Virus record (IMG/VR): IMGVR_UViG_3300043432_000071
Span: 1-41,379 of that record
Origin: a virus
Lineage: Duplodnaviria > Caudoviricetes
DNA: 41,379 bases
Strand: one strand, 5' to 3'
Positions 35,767 to 41,379 of the stretch are shown one piece after another; positions within the stretch are counted from its first letter, which is position 1, and the number at the start of each line of letters is the position of its first letter. The notes below the pieces were generated by a model. That model was given only the letters and a program-made list of their open reading frames with translations. It made no database searches and was not told where the DNA came from. The position numbers and the translations under genes were made by a program.

Positions 35767-36129
35767 TCACAGCTTGAGCGCCCTCTCGACCCAGGCTATA
35801 AGCTGCCCGTTGCGGACATGCCTGGCGGTCCCCCGGATAAGGCTATATCCGGCTATGGTAGCCTCATTATATTTCTCAATATCCGCCTCAAAGCCGGCGC
35901 CCCGAGTATGCCGGCCCTGCCGATACACTGCGCCCTCAATCTCGACAAGGACATACTCGCCAACCAGGAAGTCAGCCCGCCACTTGCGCGAAGGATGGAA
36001 GCGAAACTCCCGCTCCACCCATTTATCGGGCAGAGCTGCCTTAAGCTGCCACTCAAAGGCATCCTCTAGCGGAGATCTTCGCCTACCTACCCTTATTGGT
36101 CCCTTAATCTCTCGTTTTGAAGCCGTCAT
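35767..36129 (-). CDS. PD-(D/E)XK endonuclease (Vsr/DUF559-like)
   Basis: REFRFHPSRKWRADF...VEIEG...GRHTRG.GF..D.EKYN. Confidence 0.85.
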   Translation of the reverse strand: MTASKREIKGPIRVGRRRSPLEDAFEWQLKAALPDKWVEREFRFHPSRKWRADFLVGEYVLVEIEGAVYRQGRHTRGAGFEADIEKYNEATIAGYSLIRGTARHVRNGQLIAWVERALKL

Positions 36130-36312
36130 TGAGGCTCTAATGCTTAAATTCGGCCATTCCTGAAACTATCTAACCGTTGCCAACCTTAAATCACGACTTT
36201 ACCCACCTAGTCCAAGTGAGGCATCTACGGCACCAACATAACAGTTTCCAACCAGGCCAAAGAGACGCCAGGTTGTACCTGACAAACCTTCTACAGCGCA
36301 CGCATTTTCGTT

Positions 36313-36552
36313 TCATCTTACTCGATTTAAGTGCGCCTGTGATCTCTGCCCCGGCACGGCCCGCCGGACGGCTTGGCAATTAAGGCCAAGGATCTGGCAA
36401 GCGTTAGCGAAGGAAAAGGGATACGCCGTGTCGTCCGAGTCTATCCATGCCTGGGCCTCGGCCCTAACCCTATCCTGCCGGCCATTATCCACCCCGGCGA
36501 CTCGCCGGCCACGGCAGACCAGCAAGGCGTCTTCGATCAATGCCATGAGCAA
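36313..36552 (-). CDS. Conserved hypothetical protein (AEKRLLMALIEDA...AQAWIDSDD...PFSF..AC..LG family); start uncertain
   Basis: Recognisable motif string; the reading frame extends upstream of the TTG. Confidence 0.65.
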   Translation of the reverse strand: MLMALIEDALLVCRGRRVAGVDNGRQDRVRAEAQAWIDSDDTAYPFSFANACQILGLNCQAVRRAVPGQRSQAHLNRVR

Positions 36553-36608
36553 GCGTTTCTCAGCCGTACAATCGTCCCTGGCGTTTACGGCGTCGTAGCA
36601 GTTTCATT

Positions 36609-36800
36609 TCAGTTCTTGAATTTATCATAGCTGTCAGGATTCGCCTCGAAATCCTCAGCGCAAACTTTGTGCATCTTAACCGTTGTTCCGTTCGGCAAAT
36701 TAACTAGCCGAAAATTCAGAATCTGGTTGTACCAAGTCAGCCGTTTATTGCAGAGCCAACAGAGAAAGACTTGCCTACCCGCTTGGTCTAGTGTCTTCAT
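36609..36800 (-). CDS. Zn-finger protein (CxxC...HxxC)
   Basis: CWLC...HKVC. Confidence 0.65.
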   Translation of the reverse strand: MKTLDQAGRQVFLCWLCNKRLTWYNQILNFRLVNLPNGTTVKMHKVCAEDFEANPDSYDKFKN

Positions 36801-36987
36801 CCTCTTTCTCATCTTCCTTTAATGATTTTGTCCAATGAGAGCAAAACGAAATAGCTTCTTTCTCGATAGCTTTGGGTTCAAATCTACACCAACCAGTCGC
36901 TCCACCTTTACTCCAGCCATTCATACACCAGACCCCGCGATCCTCTTTGAAATAAGCACATGTACGGCATTGTACTAGCTCACTCAT
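36775..36987 (-). CDS. Cys-rich small protein
   Basis: MSELVQCRTCAYF...GWCRFEP...FCSHW. Confidence 0.65.
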   Translation of the reverse strand: MSELVQCRTCAYFKEDRGVWCMNGWSKGGATGWCRFEPKAIEKEAISFCSHWTKSLKEDEKEDEDTRPSG

Positions 36988-37205
36988 GGCTTGTCCTCCC
37001 AATCGTAGTCATCATCGGGCTCGCTGGGCTCAATCCACGGCTCACAACCATAGGGAATGAACATCCGACATCTAGGGCAGCGGCGGAAACGTCCATATTT
37101 TTTGCTGCTCAGTGAACCAAGAAATATCCAACAACCAGTGTTAGGTTCTGGAACATAACTTTCTTCAAATCGCTCCCGCGTTTCAGTCGTGACGGGGTTA
37201 GTCAT
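36984..37205 (-). CDS. Chimeric protein: HNH-endonuclease N-terminal loop fused to CPRC tail
   Basis: ERFEESYVPEPNTGCWIFLGSL...YGRF, lacking the HNH catalytic core. Confidence 0.55.
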   Translation of the reverse strand: MTNPVTTETRERFEESYVPEPNTGCWIFLGSLSSKKYGRFRRCPRCRMFIPYGCEPWIEPSEPDDDYDWEDKP

Positions 37206-37274
37206 GGCTTCAACTCACAGGCCATCAATGCTATGTCAACGGGTTTCATAAGGCTTTCGGCGCTGCCTTGGAAA

Positions 37275-37802
37275 TCATGGCTTATACCAGCTTGGATTGT
37301 TCACCCCGTGAAATCCGTTCGCGTCCTGCATTCGCCAAATCGTAGAGAGCAGTTTTCGCGATTGCTCCGTTGTTCCATCGGGATATCGCTCCGATGACTT
37401 CGGATTCCCTATGTCCGCTATGACTCGATCGACGCGCGATGAAATTGCAGGCAATGGTTTATGTTCGATCTGCGGCGCTGGATTTAACGCCTTGGCCATG
37501 TTCTCCTGCCAGCTCACTGCCTCAATGCGGACTTGATAGTTCTGCCTGTACCGCAACGGATCGCAGCGGTCCTCCATGTGCTCCACGGTTTCACCGAAGC
37601 AGGCAACGCCGAGGTCATGGATGGTCGGGAAAAATGTTGATTCTTTGAGACACTTCTTGACGCCTTCGTTCCAGATTGCCGCTGGAATATCCTTCAGCAT
37701 CTCGAAGTAAATATCCTCTGATTCTTTTGTTGTTTTCTCCTGAGCATAATTGAATGCAGCGAGCAACGCCGTCATTGCCTTATTAAAGTCTTGTCTAGTC
37801 AT
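37275..37802 (-). CDS. Helicase loader/inhibitor-like protein (G39P-like)
   Basis: MTRQDFNKAM..L...IYFEMLKDIP...FFPTI; follows the initiator gene. Confidence 0.7.
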   Translation of the reverse strand: MTRQDFNKAMTALLAAFNYAQEKTTKESEDIYFEMLKDIPAAIWNEGVKKCLKESTFFPTIHDLGVACFGETVEHMEDRCDPLRYRQNYQVRIEAVSWQENMAKALNPAPQIEHKPLPAISSRVDRVIADIGNPKSSERYPDGTTEQSRKLLSTIWRMQDANGFHGVNNPSWYKP

Positions 37803-38521
37803 AATCCCCTCATCAACGTCGCTTTCAGTCTTGAACTGATTTGATCCTGCTTCGTCGGAGTGGATTTTCTCGCAAGAAGCTGATTCCATTTCTCACGAAA
37901 CTTCGACATCGACAAAACATTTGCCCGCCAAAATGGATCAGCTTGGCACCAATCAATAAGCTCGCGGATATCCTCCCAACTGTGGCCGTCAATCCGATTG
38001 ATCTTCTCCGCATCCTTTGCCCAACTCATTAGTTGCGATTCTGTTGGCGGGGTTCTGTTGGGGTAATTCTGGAAAATTAAATCTGAAAGAAGTTGAGCCA
38101 TTTCTAGAGCCTCCGCAGGAGGCGGAACTAAAGAATCCTTCTTAGGATTCTTTGGTAAGGAAGGTAAGGAAGGTAAGGAGGGAGCCTGTTTAGGCTCCCG
38201 AGTCTTGTGATATTCCGCGAACTTAACTATTACAATATGGTTAGTTTCTATCCGAATCCATCCGAGTTCTGCGGCGAATCTGAGGAAGTTCTGAGCTGTA
38301 TCTGAAGCGCGTTTGTGATACTTTTGGAGGGAAACCGGAGCGATTATGTCGCCAATTTGGGCGATTGTTCCAGGGACAATTCCCTTATTTCTGTCCCCTA
38401 TCGCTAAGCATTCTTGCCAGGCTAAAGCAATCCAATCGCCAAACTGTTTTCTCGCTTCAATGATTTCTGGATCACGATTAAAATTATGATTCACAGGATG
38501 ATACCTTTTGTAGGAGGGCAT
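37799..38521 (-). CDS. Phage replication initiator (lambda O / replisome organizer-like)
   Basis: N-terminal wHTH-like part, low-complexity linker, C-terminal WCQADPFWRANVLSMSKFREKWNQL. Confidence 0.8.
   Translation of the reverse strand: MPSYKRYHPVNHNFNRDPEIIEARKQFGDWIALAWQECLAIGDRNKGIVPGTIAQIGDIIAPVSLQKYHKRASDTAQNFLRFAAELGWIRIETNHIVIVKFAEYHKTREPKQAPSLPSLPSLPKNPKKDSLVPPPAEALEMAQLLSDLIFQNYPNRTPPTESQLMSWAKDAEKINRIDGHSWEDIRELIDWCQADPFWRANVLSMSKFREKWNQLLARKSTPTKQDQISSRLKATLMRGL
38130..38199. repeat. Candidate replication origin: IR, 3 x 9-bp direct repeats, IR
   Basis: aaagaatcct-tctt-aggattcttt; GGTAAGGAA x2 plus GGTAAGGAG; gggagcct-gttt-aggctccc. Confidence 0.55.
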
Positions 38522-38532
38522 CCGAAATCCTC

Positions 38533-38613
38533 AAAGGCCCACTCTGCCGATGGTCGATGGTGCAAGCAACAAACCATCCCGCGAGGGTTGCTCTCGGTGC
38601 AGAGAGGGCTTTT
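38533..38613 (-). ncRNA. C4-antisense-like cloverleaf RNA
   Basis: Outer stem AAAGCCCTCTCTGC/GCAGAGTGGGCCTTT enclosing hairpins CCGAGAG-CAACC-CTCGCGG and GATGGT-TTGTTGCTTGC-ACCATC. Confidence 0.65.
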
Positions 38614-38654
38614 CAAAATTTTGGATTGAAGGAACCTTGCACATTCCATTTTTC

Positions 38655-38684
38655 ACTTTACTTTATCCCCATCACCGTTGTCAA
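38655..38684 (-). promoter_or_regulatory. Sigma70 promoter for the replication operon
   Basis: TTGACA (38679-84), 18 nt, TAAAGT (38655-60). Confidence 0.6.
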
Positions 38685-38700
38685 ATAGTTTCTTGGGCGG

Positions 38701-39222
38701 TCAAAATGGGGTTGACCCCTCATCATCTGCCGGCCCCTCAAACGCGCCTTTCTCAAAACTTATCAAAACCGTTTCAACGAAGGTCATTCGATGCCCGGAA
38801 CGGTCAACCTTAACAATCGGTAACGCTTCAACCGCGCCCTGGGGATCATCCGAAATAGGCACCGGGATTTGCGTAACGTCATCCGGCTCTAATTCCACAG
38901 CCAATGCATGAGCGGCCCTAGCCACAGCGGCGTATTCCAGCCAGGTGGGCTTGCCGCTTCGCTTAGGCATCGGCTCAGGTTCGGCGTGGCCGTTGGCCTT
39001 GGCAGGCTCCAGTTCGGCCACGGCGTCTATCTTGGCCCAATCGTTATACTTAGGATTGGCTGAGGGCCGAACGGTAATAGAACAATCCTTGCCGTTGATC
39101 TTCTGGCGTACGTCCTCGCCGCCGTCAATGTTGACCCATTTTCCCCCGGTGATTTTGGCCGTGAAGTATTGGCCTTTTTGGCCTTGCTTGATCGGGCCGA
39201 CTGCCTCGATTCTTACGTTCAT
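38701..39222 (-). CDS. SSB-like protein
   Basis: Beta-rich N-terminus; acidic DDEGSTPF C-terminal tip; recombination context. Confidence 0.55.
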   Translation of the reverse strand: MNVRIEAVGPIKQGQKGQYFTAKITGGKWVNIDGGEDVRQKINGKDCSITVRPSANPKYNDWAKIDAVAELEPAKANGHAEPEPMPKRSGKPTWLEYAAVARAAHALAVELEPDDVTQIPVPISDDPQGAVEALPIVKVDRSGHRMTFVETVLISFEKGAFEGPADDEGSTPF

Positions 39223-39231
39223 AGTTCCCCC

Positions 39232-39582
39232 TTATTTTCCATAACCACTTAATCCTTTTTCCAGTCGTGCCCTTTCATAGGCACCAATCGACCGACGCGC
39301 CTCAAATTCCCGCTCTAGCTTGTTTTGCCGAGCCTTCTTTCTGAGTGTTGCTGATTTAGCCAGGACCATGCCCACAACATAATCCCGATAGTCCTTACTG
39401 CCTTGAGCCAGCCGAGTGAGTTTGGCATCGCTTAAAGTTCCATTGTCAAGGTCGTTCTTGAGAGAATCTAAAAACGAGCGTTGATCCTCGGAAAGCAAAT
39501 CGCTTTTCTCCCTGGCAGAAATCCATTCGTTTTCTGCGGCCTCAATGTCCTCGACTAGCTTTAGGAGGTCGGTATTAGCCAT
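39232..39582 (-). CDS. Helical UvsY-like recombination mediator
   Basis: Coiled coil with SDA..R.A..S.DY..Y, R.IGA.ER pattern. Confidence 0.55.
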   Translation of the reverse strand: MANTDLLKLVEDIEAAENEWISAREKSDLLSEDQRSFLDSLKNDLDNGTLSDAKLTRLAQGSKDYRDYVVGMVLAKSATLRKKARQNKLEREFEARRSIGAYERARLEKGLSGYGK

Positions 39583-39592
39583 GCTAATAATT

Positions 39593-40018
39593 TTAGATAT
39601 GCGCCCATCGAGTACGATGTTTCAGTTTGGAAATCGCGGACTGACAAACATTAAATTCCTTTGCTAAGTCCGTTCCTCTTTCTCCGTTGGCAAGTCTCTT
39701 CCTTATTTGCAGCACAAGAGCATTTGAAAATTTTGCCATGTGGTGCAGTTCGCCTTTTGGCTTGAAACTTTTATCGGATTTTAATTTGCCTTCACTGATT
39801 TCTTTGGCGTGGTGTCGTTGATGTTCTGCTTTGGACATGAGTTGTAGATTTTCAATTCGATTGTCCGCCCGATTCCCATTGATATGATGGACAACATGAT
39901 TCGGCGGAATGGGGCCGTTGTGCTTTTCCCATTCATCGCGATGCTCATAAACTTTACCTTTGCCACGAACAACTTTATATCCGTGAATTCTTAGTCCGCC
40001 TTTCCAGGCACTACCCAT
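39593..40018 (-). CDS. HNH homing endonuclease with C-terminal HTH
   Basis: YEHR..W...GPIP...VHHING...DNRIENL...EH..HH; LAKEFNVCQSAISK. Confidence 0.9.
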   Translation of the reverse strand: MGSAWKGGLRIHGYKVVRGKGKVYEHRDEWEKHNGPIPPNHVVHHINGNRADNRIENLQLMSKAEHQRHHAKEISEGKLKSDKSFKPKGELHHMAKFSNALVLQIRKRLANGERGTDLAKEFNVCQSAISKLKHRTRWAHI

Positions 40019-40926
40019 AAAGGTTTTCCTTTCTTGATTTCTAAAACAGCTCCCAAACATCTATCTACCCACCCACAATAACCGCATGGAAAATTCGCTA
40101 TTTGACGACCTGTTTTGAAAGTTGCCCATGATCCAGCTTGTGAAATCGCTTCGCCATAAGCTATTTTCGCTTGTTCTTTTTCTTCTCGATTTTGGACTTT
40201 GACGGTTTCATTTTCAATAGCCCGTACGCCAGTAGGAAGGTCATCGAGCGCGGATACAACTGACACAGATCGAATAGTATCTCTGATGGTTTGCTCGACG
40301 GCCCCATCGAAAGGCGTTCGGACTTCCGCGATAAGCGCCGGGTCTTTTGCTGCGATTTCAAGTTCATTTCCTCCATAGCGTTTAGTGATGACGGTTTCGG
40401 TTGCATCACGGTCAAAAATCACCTCGCAAATATGGCGCGTTTCTTTGCGCACGCAAATAAAAATAATCGGATTCAATATATTGCCCTGCGAGTAAGTCCA
40501 TGCCTGCGCCAAATATCCCTGATCTATTTCTCCGTTTGTGGTTCGCTCAAACGAACGATTGTTCATGCTCTTGATTTCACCCAGGCCGACCGTTGGATAT
40601 TCTAGGGGCAGGATTAGAAAATCTGGGGTGCGTTGGATTTCCACTCCTTCAATGACGATTGACGGAAAGCCATTAGCAAGAATCGGAATAATGCGTCCGC
40701 CGGAAGATGCAACCAAATCATCTTTCAGCTTTTTGTCATAGAAATACCCATCGTCAAAAATTGACATTCGCCTTGGTGTCAAAGGCATCCCCTCGACGCC
40801 AAGTTTTTCATAACCTAATCTGCGCGGGCAATGACCGATGCTAGAAGCCCGTTGCCAATTTCGCTTCTTTTTAGCTTCGATTAGAGCTTTGTCGCGATAA
40901 AAATTTTCAAGCGGTTCTATGAGCAT
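39991..40926 (-). CDS. Cas4-like PD-(D/E)XK exonuclease
   Basis: RASSIGHCPR, TPD, GEIKS, Y..Q...Y, C-terminal CGYC...C (four Cys Fe-S ligands). Confidence 0.85.
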   Translation of the reverse strand: MLIEPLENFYRDKALIEAKKKRNWQRASSIGHCPRRLGYEKLGVEGMPLTPRRMSIFDDGYFYDKKLKDDLVASSGGRIIPILANGFPSIVIEGVEIQRTPDFLILPLEYPTVGLGEIKSMNNRSFERTTNGEIDQGYLAQAWTYSQGNILNPIIFICVRKETRHICEVIFDRDATETVITKRYGGNELEIAAKDPALIAEVRTPFDGAVEQTIRDTIRSVSVVSALDDLPTGVRAIENETVKVQNREEKEQAKIAYGEAISQAGSWATFKTGRQIANFPCGYCGWVDRCLGAVLEIKKGKPLWVVPGKAD

Positions 40927-41091
40927 TTACCCCGCCTTCTTTTCCGCTTCTATTCCCGCCCTAATTTCTAGCCAGCAATTTAAACAGGTAAGGCTTGGCA
41001 GTCTGCCGGCTACCGGCACGAACAGCATGCCGCAAAACTGGCAGTAGATACGTTTGGCCTCGGTGTCGTCAATTTCCTGTTCCTCGTTCAT
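40927..41091 (-). CDS. 54-aa Zn-ribbon protein
   Basis: MNEEQEIDDTEAKRIYCQFCGMLF...TCLNCW...; ATGA coupling. Confidence 0.7.
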   Translation of the reverse strand: MNEEQEIDDTEAKRIYCQFCGMLFVPVAGRLPSLTCLNCWLEIRAGIEAEKKAG

Positions 41092-41379
41092 GGCACCCCC
41101 TCAAATGCTTCATGGACGAATAAATTCCATTCATCCCGACTCGCCGCACTCGCCTCACTCGCCGCACTCGCCGCCCTCGCCTCAATCGCCGCACTCGCCT
41201 CAATCGCCGCACTCGCCGCACTCGCCGCACTCGCCGCACTCGCCGCCCTCGCCGCACTCGCCGCCCTCGCCGCACTCGCCGCACTCGCCGCCCAACTCGC
41301 CGCCCAACTCGCCTCACTCGCCGCACTCGCCGCCCAACTCGATTCGTCGCCAGTCAACAGGTAATCGAACACTACGTCT
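41088..41379 (-). CDS. 3' part of the Ala-repeat protein that begins at 530
   Basis: DVVFDYLLTGDES, repeat tract, then SRDEWNLFVHEAFEGVP*. Confidence 0.85.
   Translation of the reverse strand, partial: DVVFDYLLTGDESSWAASAASEASWAASWAASAASAARAASAARAASAASAASAASAAIEASAAIEARAASAASEASAASRDEWNLFVHEAFEGVP
41140..41340. repeat. In-frame 9/12-bp modular repeat array (version B, 21 units)
   Basis: Same unit set as 1-161 in a different order. Confidence 0.95.

Noticed and set aside
38533-38613. tRNA gene
   Set aside because: Only two inner arms, with no TTC T-loop, anticodon arm or CCA end; fits a C4-like RNA better.
41069-41326. Arg-rich protamine-like ORF
   Set aside because: Alternative frame of the Ala-repeat gene; no independent start signals.
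41140-41340. Terminal repeats as a CRISPR array paired with the Cas4-like gene
   Set aside because: Units are 9-12 bp, contiguous, have no unique spacers and are in-frame coding. Stand-alone Cas4-like nucleases are common in phage recombination modules.
1-41379. Stop-codon reassignment or hidden integrase
   Set aside because: Genes tile densely under the standard code using all three stops. No tyrosine (R-H-R-Y) or serine recombinase motif was recognised in any ORF.

Overview
This window is an apparently complete, circularly permuted ~41.2 kb tailed-phage (podovirus-type) genome. The last 56 nt (41324-41379) repeat positions 146-201. Almost all genes lie on the minus strand, in this order: Cro-like HTH and early micro-genes; an Ala-repeat gene spanning the contig ends; Cas4-like exonuclease, HNH, SSB-like protein, replication initiator and helicase-loader-like protein; small Zn-finger genes and a PD-(D/E)XK nuclease; a plus-strand early island; an orphan HicB; TerS; a plus-strand lipoprotein island; TerL, portal, scaffold and major capsid; a glycosyl/methyltransferase cassette; T7-like tail adaptor, nozzle, ejection proteins and tail fibre; tailspike and adhesins; and a holin/lipoprotein/lysozyme lysis region. 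I found no integrase, CI-type repressor, DNA or RNA polymerase, tRNA or CRISPR array. Four signals stand out. (1) Virion proteins carry envelope-targeting leaders: prepilin-like [N/S]Q-x-G leaders on the major capsid and adjacent head protein, and Sec-type signal peptides on the Cys-rich tail fibre, tailspike, adhesin and a small decoration protein. They sit next to a virion-glycosylation-like cassette. (2) A dif-like XerC/D site with a 7-bp core lies between terS and terL. (3) The two contig ends hold differently ordered versions of an in-frame 9/12-bp modular repeat array. (4) Two structured RNAs are present: a capsid leader and a C4-like RNA. Family assignments are from motif recognition only; no database searches were run.
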